A DNA stretch of 22,422 nt from a virus. Lineage: Duplodnaviria; Heunggongvirae; Uroviricota; Caudoviricetes. The stretch is taken from positions 64,001-86,422 of IMG/VR virus record IMGVR_UViG_3300010280_000442. One strand, given 5' to 3'. The notes below the pieces were generated by a model. That model did no database searches and had not been told where the DNA came from. It worked only from the letters and a program-made list of their open reading frames with translations. The position numbers and the translations under genes are program-made. Shown here piece by piece: positions 15,257 through 22,422 of the stretch (the first letter of the stretch is position 1; every line of letters starts with the position of its first letter).

Positions 15257-15448
15257 ATGATATTTTTCTGTGATTGCTGCCATTATACCTTTTCTGCAGC
15301 TTCTCTCCCGGACCGCTGCCCGGACTGTGGGAAACAACGGTTTTCTGGAACCCCAGCTGTACGTGAGGCTACTGCCAAGGAAATCAATGATTATAAACGG
15401 ATCAGAATAGAAATTGCCGCAGAGAATAAAATTCTCAAAACTCCTTGA
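15257..15448 (+). CDS. Small rubredoxin-like zinc-ribbon protein
   Basis: GAGGTG RBS before ATG 15257; CDCCHY...RCPDCG. Confidence 0.65.
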   Translation: MIFFCDCCHYTFSAASLPDRCPDCGKQRFSGTPAVREATAKEINDYKRIRIEIAAENKILKTP

Positions 15449-15493
15449 TATAAATCTTTCTCTCGGCTACAATAAAAAAGAACTTTTCCCAGA

Positions 15494-16957
15494 ATGGAAG
15501 TGAGAACAAACATGCTTGATGTTACAGATATTGAACAACTGCGGTTTACAACCGAAATGCAGATATTCGACCGTAAAAGCGCCAAAATAGAAGCGAAGGC
15601 TCTGGCGATTCATATCATAGCATTCGCCAATGCTGATGGCGGCTACATTGCAATTGGAATTGAAGATAACGGCGCAGTTACTGGTATAGATGATCGGGAG
15701 GCGCACATAAACGAACTGCTCCGTGTGCCGTTCGATTACTGCGTTCCCTCCGTTACCGTGGAAACCAGTATTCTGGACTGCACCGACACCAATGGTAATC
15801 CAAACCATATCCTACTCATGCACATTTTCCAGAGCGCTCAACTCCACGCAAACCAGGTGGATGAGGTTTATTACCGTGTGGGCGATAAATCCAAGAAAAT
15901 GAATTTTGAGCAGCGCACCCGGCTCATGTATGCCAAGGGCGGCCGTTATTTTGAGGATATTCCCGTCCGGGACGCCACTTTGGATGATATCGATCTGGAT
16001 TTTGTAAAAACCTATACGGAAAAAATCGGTTATCAAAAAGGACCTCTGGAATATTTGCGAAGCAATAAGGATTTCATTGTAACAAGAAATGGTCAGGAGG
16101 AAATCAGCGGAGCTGCCATCCTACTTTTTGGCAAGAATCCACAGCGTTTTTTTCAACGGGCCAGAGTTCGTTTCATCCGCTATGAAGGCACAGAAGCAAA
16201 AGTCGGTACAGAAATGAATGTGGTGAAGGATGTGATTTTCGAAGGAAAAATCTTAGACATGGTACGGAAATCTACAGAATTCGTCAAGGGGCAGATCAAG
16301 GAGCACACTTTCCTTGGTAAAGACGGGCGCTTTGTTACCATCCCGGAACTCCCTGAGTTTTGCTGGACTGAACTGATCGTAAACGCTGTCGGCCATCGAG
16401 ACTACTCCATCTCTGGAACTGATATCCAGATAAAGATGTTTGACGATCATTTTACTGTGGAAAGTCCAGGCATGCTTCCCGGACTTGTTCGGACGAATAA
16501 TATCCGTGAGATTCATTTTTCACGGAACCCTAAGATTTTTGAATTCTTGCATGAATATGAGTATGTGAAGGAATTCGGAGAAGGTGTCGATCGAATGTTT
16601 CGGGAAATGGAGGACGCTGGGTTGCCGGAGCCGGAATATCGCATTGTGGAATTCATGCTGTACGCAACACTGAAGAATCAGAAGTGGGGGGAAAAACAAA
16701 AAAGCCCCCAAGATACCCCACAAGTCACCCCACAAGATACCCCACAAGTTGAACTTACTAATGAGGATAAATTACTAGTGTTCTGCACTGTTCCCCGCAG
16801 CCAAACCGAGATGATTAAACTGCTTGGGTTGTCTGACCGGAAACATTTTAGAGAAAAGTATTTAAAACCTCTTTTAAATTCTGGATTGTTGGTTATGACA
16901 ATTCCTGACAAGCCCAACAGCCGTAACCAGAAATATGTCAAGGCATCTAACGTATAA
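15494..16957 (+). CDS. AlbA_2 (Schlafen-like) domain + HATPase_c_4 + C-terminal HTH protein
   Basis: FDRKS, IIAFANADGGYIAIGIEDNG; ELIVNAVGHRDYS, VESPG, SRNPKI, EFGEGV; C-terminal RKHFREKYLKPLL...PDKPNSRNQKY. Alternative start 15512. Confidence 0.88.
   Translation: MEVRTNMLDVTDIEQLRFTTEMQIFDRKSAKIEAKALAIHIIAFANADGGYIAIGIEDNGAVTGIDDREAHINELLRVPFDYCVPSVTVETSILDCTDTNGNPNHILLMHIFQSAQLHANQVDEVYYRVGDKSKKMNFEQRTRLMYAKGGRYFEDIPVRDATLDDIDLDFVKTYTEKIGYQKGPLEYLRSNKDFIVTRNGQEEISGAAILLFGKNPQRFFQRARVRFIRYEGTEAKVGTEMNVVKDVIFEGKILDMVRKSTEFVKGQIKEHTFLGKDGRFVTIPELPEFCWTELIVNAVGHRDYSISGTDIQIKMFDDHFTVESPGMLPGLVRTNNIREIHFSRNPKIFEFLHEYEYVKEFGEGVDRMFREMEDAGLPEPEYRIVEFMLYATLKNQKWGEKQKSPQDTPQVTPQDTPQVELTNEDKLLVFCTVPRSQTEMIKLLGLSDRKHFREKYLKPLLNSGLLVMTIPDKPNSRNQKYVKASNV
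16706..16749 (+). repeat. Intragenic 12-bp tandem repeat (about 4 units) encoding PQDT/PQVT linker
   Basis: ccccaagatacc ccacaagtcacc ccacaagatacc ccacaagt. Confidence 0.8.
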
Positions 16958-17007
16958 AAAATCCTCCAAAGGGCAACAGTTATCCACATTGCTCCTTGGA
17001 GGATTTT
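16957..17007. terminator. Probable bidirectional terminator between convergent genes
   Basis: AAAATCCTCCAA...TTGGAGGATTTT with inner GCAA/TTGC pairing. Confidence 0.75.
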
Positions 17008-17044
17008 CCTCTCCAATTATTCTTTTTCAATGCTATAACGAACA

Positions 17045-17389
17045 TTACCCTTCCATCAACTCTACCATAAGCCTGGCCCCGACTTTTAGTCCTTCAATAT
17101 AGCTCTGGCGCTCGTAAGCTGTACACAGTTCAAATACGATATTCATGTACTCATCCGCTTCCTCATCCGTATCTACTAAGGCCCTGAGCGTTCTATCCAA
17201 CGGATTCACAATTGTTTTAAACTCCGGCGTTTCCACAGAGTTGAATTCCGTGTATGATTGATAGATCAGTTCAAGCAACGTTTCCATTTGACCACAGTAA
17301 TTTGCCGGATGAGATTGTAAATAAGATACGATTTGAGTTACGATTTCTTGACTGTGTCCTGATTGGACGCCCCATACTCTCTGCTTCAT
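17045..17389 (-). CDS. DUF6809-like hypothetical protein
   Basis: Start moved to ATG 17389. HPANY...LLELIYQSY...ELCTAYERQSYIEGLKVGARL pattern recalled from this Clostridia family. Confidence 0.55.
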   Translation of the reverse strand: MKQRVWGVQSGHSQEIVTQIVSYLQSHPANYCGQMETLLELIYQSYTEFNSVETPEFKTIVNPLDRTLRALVDTDEEADEYMNIVFELCTAYERQSYIEGLKVGARLMVELMEG

Positions 17390-17492
17390 ATTTATCACCA
17401 CTTCCCCTTTCCTTTTTGTGGTGATATTACCTCTAAGGAAAGTACATAGCAAGTTATGTTGAAAGTATGATATTGTTCTTTATGCGATACAA

Positions 17493-17903
17493 TTACAAAA
17501 CCCAACTAGTTAAAGCCAGAGCCATCCCCCCGATAACCACACCAATCAGGTTCAGACCGACATCACCCCACGAAAAATGCCGGCCTTGAATCAGCGGCTT
17601 GGTAGCTTCATCAATATAACGCCACAACACCACGCCAATAACTCCCCAATGTGAATACCCGCCAAGCCGCAGCGTTACCCCAAGCAAAATTGTGAACACC
17701 GCAAACACAACCACATGGGCTGCTTTACGCAGCTTGCTGTTCAAAAGGCCAACGTCCACCTCCAGAAACGATAATTTCTCGGCAAGCTCCCTGCTGGTTC
17801 TCCTCGTGTGTTCACCATCCTGATGAGAAAGATAGGTCATAAAAGCAAACCAAAGGACTGTGAAAACCAGAAATATATAAAATACCAAAGGCATGTGATT
17901 CAT
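17493..17903 (-). CDS. vanZ: VanZ-family membrane protein
   Basis: Start moved to ATG 17903 (GGAGGGAG RBS). RKAAH and DE...GRHFSWGDVGLN motifs; hydrophobic helices. Confidence 0.75.
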   Translation of the reverse strand: MNHMPLVFYIFLVFTVLWFAFMTYLSHQDGEHTRRTSRELAEKLSFLEVDVGLLNSKLRKAAHVVVFAVFTILLGVTLRLGGYSHWGVIGVVLWRYIDEATKPLIQGRHFSWGDVGLNLIGVVIGGMALALTSWVL

Positions 17904-17963
17904 TGGCACTCCTCCCTCCAATGGTTATTATATTACCACAGAGTATTATACATAGCCATTGTT

Positions 17964-18659
17964 TTATGCCTTCTTTGATTTCAGATTACCGTGCAGCTTC
18001 GTTTCCACATTTTCTGGCACCCTTATCACGCCAAACCGCCAGAGCAGGCTATAGCTGTAGCTCACGCCCCGGACATCTGCTATCGCCTTCGGGCGGTCAA
18101 ACACAGTACACGGCTTCTCCATCGCTTTATCAAAAGCAATTTTTAATGAACTCCAACTTAGGCTTTTACTGTTTTCCCGCCGGTCAATGAACAGTTCTTT
18201 TGTATAAGTTCCATTCCTGCCGGTTTTGAGAGTATAGGTAAATGGCAGGCCGGAAGCTGTAAAGAACGGATATCTCTGAAAAACAATGATACATCTCCAC
18301 AGGTTCTCCTCTGTACAATTCTCCTTCATCTCAGCCACGGCCTGTTTTCGATTCTTATACCGATTTACCCTCTCCGCATTCTGGCTGATCTCAGACATCT
18401 TATAAATCACTTTAGAATATGGCAGATAGGTATTAATTGTGGAATAGCTAAGTCCCATAATGGTCTGTATTTCCGTCATCGTTTTTCCCTGCTGGAGCAG
18501 CGATTGAATCTGCTCCGTCTCAGTGTATTTCAATACACCGGCTGTGACCAGCAGCTTCTTCACTTTGTTCGGTGGAAGATCCAGTTCTATGGCTGTTGCT
18601 TTGATTTCGTTAGTAGCTTGATAAACTTCTTCTACTGCATTGATTAGTTCCTGCATCAA
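17964..18659 (-). CDS. Hypothetical DNA-binding protein with HTH-like segments; true start uncertain
   Basis: TAIELDLPPNKVKKLL and KTMTEIQTIMGLSYSTINTYLP are HTH-like. The frame stays open 28 codons upstream (GRSRGRPPKK) without ATG/GTG/TTG. Confidence 0.65.
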   Translation of the reverse strand: MMQELINAVEEVYQATNEIKATAIELDLPPNKVKKLLVTAGVLKYTETEQIQSLLQQGKTMTEIQTIMGLSYSTINTYLPYSKVIYKMSEISQNAERVNRYKNRKQAVAEMKENCTEENLWRCIIVFQRYPFFTASGLPFTYTLKTGRNGTYTKELFIDRRENSKSLSWSSLKIAFDKAMEKPCTVFDRPKAIADVRGVSYSYSLLWRFGVIRVPENVETKLHGNLKSKKA

Positions 18660-18962
18660 TGCTTCCGCATCATAATCTTTCTTTGGTGGACGGCCACGGC
18701 TACGCCCACACGCTTGCTTGAATGAAAAAGTAATCGTTAGACCTTAAGTACCAACATCATCCTAAGACGAAAACAGAGGCCTCTAAGTGCCTGAAAACAC
18801 AAGCTTTTTTAACTGTAATTGCCAATTTTCCTGTTACACAAATTGTTCGCCAATTATTTCATTGCGAGACAAACAAAGGCCACTAATACGTTTTGCAATA
18901 GTAAACGCGACCTCTCGATTATTAAAAAAAGCCTCGTGGGCCTACCTTAAAAGCGTATTTTC

Positions 18963-20270
18963 CTAGTCATCAAGCAAATCCGGTTTCAAGTGAACTTCAT
19001 CAGCTGAAATCACTTCCATATGTAATAGCTCTGCCAATGCTGTCATATCCCGATCTTCAATCATCAGTTCATATGGCGATTTCCCATTTAGTGCATTCCT
19101 TTTTACACTGTTTATATGATTCATCAACCGAATTACCTTTTCGTTGGTCAAGAAACCCATACTCTTTCCCTTTGGAATTACGTATCTGATAAATTCGTGA
19201 TTCTTCTCAATATGCGGCTTTTGCCATGATGCCATCGGGTCACAATAAAATATCTGTGTCCTGCTCTCCATTGTTTCTGTTGTTTCCATTTCAATGACAT
19301 GCTTAAATTCACTTCCGTTATCGGTAAGGATAACCGGAAATAGCCTCTTGAACACTTCCAATCCCAAAGCGGTTTCAAGATAATCAAATACCCGTGTTAC
19401 CGATTCTGCTGTACCATCTGGTATCAGGAATAGAACCATAACACTATTTTTACGAAATATCATAGTGAGGAGGCATTGACCTTTCTCACGTTTTCCCTTG
19501 ACGGTATCCATCTCAACAACTAAATTTTCATCCCGTCCAACCATATACTTCTGATAGTCCTCATATGTCCTGTCCTGACGGCAGTGTTGTTTATCAAGCC
19601 GATCATGATTATTTTTCTTTTTTCTCCTCTTATATCTAAGCTTACGACGTAAATCTATGCTCTTTATGCTCAGTTCACCGCTATCGATATAATTATAAAC
19701 AGTCCTAATACTTACCGGTAATTCATTGCCATGCTCCAAGTAAATATGACTAAGAGGCTGCCCTTTTTTGACGAGTCCACTGATGAGTATATCCATATCT
19801 TGTAGTTCTTTCTCTGACAATTGAATCCCTTTGCGCGATTCACTTCGTCTTTCATTGGATAAAGCCTCAGCCTTCTTAGCACTATAAAAATATCGATGTT
19901 TCTGACAGGTTTTTACTTTCTTGCAACCGTTACAAACATATGGTGGATAATGAACTTCAGAACACTCTGCACTCTCATAGCCATTGCAATAATCGGTACA
20001 TTTCTTCTCTGGACATTTCCGGCATTCTATAACACACCCCGGCTGTTTACACACTCCTGTTCTTTTGCAGGCTGCTGCTTTGTAACACTTATTCCAGCGA
20101 ATGTATCGTGCGGGCATTTCCATCCTGTTTGCTTGTATTTCTCTGGAGATGCTCGTAGGATGTCTCCCCAATTCTAATGCAATCGCCTTTAACGATTGCT
20201 CTTTATATAGACCTATTTCAATTAGAACCCTCTCTGAAAATGTTAGCTTCCCTTTCTTTACGTCCGCCAC
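18963..20270 (-). CDS. IS30-family DDE transposase with Cys-rich insertion
   Basis: N-terminal LTFSERVLIE...IALELGRHPTSISREI; DDE triad in EMDTVKG, TDNGSEF, QKPHIEKNHEFIR. Confidence 0.93.
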   Translation of the reverse strand: MADVKKGKLTFSERVLIEIGLYKEQSLKAIALELGRHPTSISREIQANRMEMPARYIRWNKCYKAAACKRTGVCKQPGCVIECRKCPEKKCTDYCNGYESAECSEVHYPPYVCNGCKKVKTCQKHRYFYSAKKAEALSNERRSESRKGIQLSEKELQDMDILISGLVKKGQPLSHIYLEHGNELPVSIRTVYNYIDSGELSIKSIDLRRKLRYKRRKKKNNHDRLDKQHCRQDRTYEDYQKYMVGRDENLVVEMDTVKGKREKGQCLLTMIFRKNSVMVLFLIPDGTAESVTRVFDYLETALGLEVFKRLFPVILTDNGSEFKHVIEMETTETMESRTQIFYCDPMASWQKPHIEKNHEFIRYVIPKGKSMGFLTNEKVIRLMNHINSVKRNALNGKSPYELMIEDRDMTALAELLHMEVISADEVHLKPDLLDD

Positions 20271-20473
20271 GTACTATTCCCCCAGCGCAGTATTCTTGAG
20301 GGCTCCGCCCTCAAACTCCCGCGGTTTATCGCTTTTGTTTTCCAGAAGGACACCGTGCAGCGCTCCTAAATTAAAAAGGACGGCTTTAGCAGCTGTCCTT
20401 CCGCCAAACCTTGTAAGCCGCTCAAGTTGCACCGCTGCATTGCTCTATCCTGCCTACAAGTAAAAGCAAACAT

Positions 20474-20502
20474 ATTATATAAGCAATGAGGCATTTTTGC
20501 AA
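20474..20502 (-). promoter_or_regulatory. Promoter for the IS30 transposase
   Basis: Minus strand TTGCAA-N17-TATAAT, about 200 nt upstream of the GTG start. Confidence 0.6.
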
Positions 20503-20685
20503 GATAGGTAATATACTCTGCAAAACTAATCGCTCTTTGGGGGGGGTGAATTCTGAGACCTCCGGGTTGCGATTACAATTTCATTTTAGGTATTTTTGAT
20601 AAATTCATTTTTCTCACACTCCGTTTCTTTTGTTTTTGTTCTTCTTTTATTTCCGTTATAAACTATATAGCAACCTTCAAAATAT

Positions 20686-20731
20686 ACCGTGTGCGCCTCA
20701 GCTCCGGTTGGAGCCTGTGTTTCACACACGG
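20686..20731 (-). terminator. Stem-loop downstream of the 108-aa gene
   Basis: CCGTGTG...CACACGG with an inner GCTCC-GGTT-GGAGC hairpin; U-tract is weak. Confidence 0.45.
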
Positions 20732-20752
20732 CATTATTATTTTCTCTTGGGG

Positions 20753-21079
20753 TTATTTCAGTTTCTCCAAAATCTCGTCCGCACTCATCCCGCTTGCCAA
20801 AAGCTTCTTAACCACACTCTCGGCTTCCGCTTTCTTCACTTCTTCGGTGGCCTTCTGATCAGCGGCGGCTTTCTTGGCTTCCAATGCTGTTAATTCTTTC
20901 TGGGCCTTCTTCAACCCAGCTTTCTTCTCTTTCAGAGTGTTCTTCTGCTCTTCAATTGCTTTCTGGATGGAAGCAATTTCACTGTTGAGGGCTGTGATTT
21001 CGGATTCCTTTTCCGTTATTTGGGTTGCATAGTCGTTCTGGGTTTTGGGACGGTTTTTGCTACCTTTCGTTCTGGGCAT
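20753..21079 (-). CDS. Small basic coiled-coil protein with AT-hook-like N-terminus
   Basis: MPRTKGSKNRPK followed by a long heptad-rich helix; GAGG RBS. Confidence 0.75.
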   Translation of the reverse strand: MPRTKGSKNRPKTQNDYATQITEKESEITALNSEIASIQKAIEEQKNTLKEKKAGLKKAQKELTALEAKKAAADQKATEEVKKAEAESVVKKLLASGMSADEILEKLK

Positions 21080-21112
21080 GGGTGATAACCTCTTTCCTTT
21101 TATAGTGGTTTA

Positions 21113-21141
21113 AGTATAGCACCGTGGAATAGCGAGGGCAA
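21113..21141 (-). promoter_or_regulatory. Promoter for the 108-aa gene
   Basis: Minus strand TTGCCC-N17-TATACT with an extended TG. Confidence 0.55.
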
Positions 21142-21146
21142 TATAT

Positions 21147-21509
21147 TCACTTTTTCTTATAATCCGAACATTCCATCAAAAAATCAGCAGACACAAAATA
21201 CGGATTATTCTTATCTCCGTTTTTTACAATTAAGATTGAATCATCATCTGCTGCAAGAACAGTAATCTGATCGCCAGCTTTCAAAACAAGTTTTACCTTC
21301 TTGATTTCTGCATCTTTTGTCACAGAGTATGTTCCCAGAGTTTCCAGTTCTTTTTTATCTCTAATATCTCTGTATTTGTTGGTAATCACGCTTCCCACTG
21401 TACCGCCTACTGCCAAACAGCCGCCTCCAATTATTGCCAGAAGATTTAACGGACCGCCAACTTTCTTTGAAGCAGTTATAATCCATTGATACCATCCAAG
21501 ATTACTCAT
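21147..21509 (-). CDS. Hypothetical membrane-anchored protein, C-terminal SH3-like beta domain
   Basis: Gly-rich hydrophobic segment LLAIIGGGCLAVGGTVG; C-terminal LKAGDQITVL...YFVSADFL. Confidence 0.65.
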   Translation of the reverse strand: MSNLGWYQWIITASKKVGGPLNLLAIIGGGCLAVGGTVGSVITNKYRDIRDKKELETLGTYSVTKDAEIKKVKLVLKAGDQITVLAADDDSILIVKNGDKNNPYFVSADFLMECSDYKKK

Positions 21510-21543
21510 TCTCTCACCTCAGTTTCAGCTTGAAAGTATCCTA

Positions 21544-22359
21544 TTATATTATCATTGGAGACGGATCAACTGCTATTTTCAATTTTTTAATCAGCCCAAA
21601 AACATACGGATACAATTTTTCGTCATCAAATTTTCTCAATTCATCTATTAATTCGTCCATTGAGAGAATTTTTCTCACATCTCTTATATCTGTAGGATAT
21701 GATTCCTTACCTATAATGAGGTTAAAAAAGCGAGTATCTCTCAGTGCTTCAATTTCCTTGTAGCAAGGAGTACCTTTGTGCTTAATATAGTTATACGTAT
21801 TTCTGATTTTCGACTCAGAAAATTCTTTCCAGAACTCAACAATTAAATCAATTGCATCTGAAAATTCTGGTCGCATTACTTTAAGATATTGAAATGGATT
21901 ACCCTCCGCATGTGGCGTACTCACACCATTTTCTGTCTTTCGCAACATATCCAATGACTTTTCAATCGAATGCATACCAATGATTTCATCCGCATTAGTC
22001 ACATTTCCTTCATTGTCGAATTTGTATAAAACATATTCTGCTGAAACATATGTCATCGTCCATGTTAAATCAACTAGAATATTATAATTTATTAATGCTG
22101 TTTCAAGCATTTGGGATTTGAACATTAATTCAATGCCCTTTTGAGCAACCTCATCATCTACTTTATTAAACCAGTAATCCCAATTATCTTCCTCGGTTTT
22201 ACTTAAAAATATTCTCGCCATTTCATAGCGTTCAAAAAGTTCATGCCACTTGCTTACGAAATATACATCTTGGCTCGTTGGAAGTTTTGTGCCTATCAAG
22301 TTGTATTTACTGCTTGATGGTGGTTCTACTCCTTCAAAAATATCTGTTTGAAATTCCAT
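21544..22359 (-). CDS. Probable HEPN-superfamily protein (Cthe_2314-like)
   Basis: Start probably ATG 22359 (GGAG RBS; frame open to the window edge). All-helical, with RNTYNYIKH resembling the HEPN R...H motif. AT-rich. Confidence 0.55.
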   Translation of the reverse strand: MEFQTDIFEGVEPPSSSKYNLIGTKLPTSQDVYFVSKWHELFERYEMARIFLSKTEEDNWDYWFNKVDDEVAQKGIELMFKSQMLETALINYNILVDLTWTMTYVSAEYVLYKFDNEGNVTNADEIIGMHSIEKSLDMLRKTENGVSTPHAEGNPFQYLKVMRPEFSDAIDLIVEFWKEFSESKIRNTYNYIKHKGTPCYKEIEALRDTRFFNLIIGKESYPTDIRDVRKILSMDELIDELRKFDDEKLYPYVFGLIKKLKIAVDPSPMII

Positions 22360-22422
22360 AATACGCTTCTCCATTAGTTTTTCAAAATGGATAGTTACTT
22401 TTATCACATCTTCGCCGATCAT

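Larger units (their letters stand above)
18814..20577 (-). mobile_element. IS30-family insertion sequence (ends tentative)
   Basis: Contains the transposase. Weak terminal IR TGTAATTGCCAA (from 18814) versus TGTAATCGCAAC (reverse complement ending 20577). No clear target duplication. Confidence 0.55.

Noticed and set aside
16980-16988. Perfect DnaA box TTATCCACA in the loop of the bidirectional terminator
   Set aside because: A single 9-mer with no neighbouring boxes or unwinding element that I could find; plausible by chance in 22 kb.
17493-17903. vanZ as evidence of a glycopeptide-resistance cluster
   Set aside because: No vanH/A/X/R/S genes; VanZ-family proteins are widespread outside resistance loci.
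20539-20546. G8 homopolymer as a phase-variation tract
   Set aside because: It lies outside any ORF and outside the predicted promoter spacer, near the tentative IS end; no mechanism evident.

Overview
Accessory region of a Firmicute, most like a Lachnospiraceae/Clostridia-type genome judging from RBS and promoter style and gene families (inference). Its core is a phage-derived, minus-strand replication operon (~1.4-10.8 kb): rrp5-like protein, DUF2800 Cas4-like exonuclease, DUF2815 SSB, family A DNA polymerase, DUF932, VRR-NUC, SNF2 helicase and two sigma-region-4-like activators. No primase, integrase, terminase or capsid gene is visible. Next comes a control region (11-15.2 kb) with an XRE gene, an HTH-fused unknown protein and a CI-like XRE-S24 repressor. 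Opposite the repressor, a perfect consensus promoter drives only a 79-aa Com-like zinc-ribbon ORF followed by ~480 nt of non-coding, highly self-complementary sequence that ends in a terminator/antiterminator-like switch. Cargo includes an AbiE-type TA pair with twin operators (left edge), an AlbA_2/Schlafen-HATPase protein, DUF6809-like and VanZ-family genes, an IS30-family element with a Cys-rich transposase, and a probable HEPN gene. The best lead for an undescribed system is the zinc-ribbon + structured RNA unit, together with a series of minus-strand terminators between it and the replication genes, which suggests RNA-based antitermination control. Family names come from motif recognition only; no database search was run.
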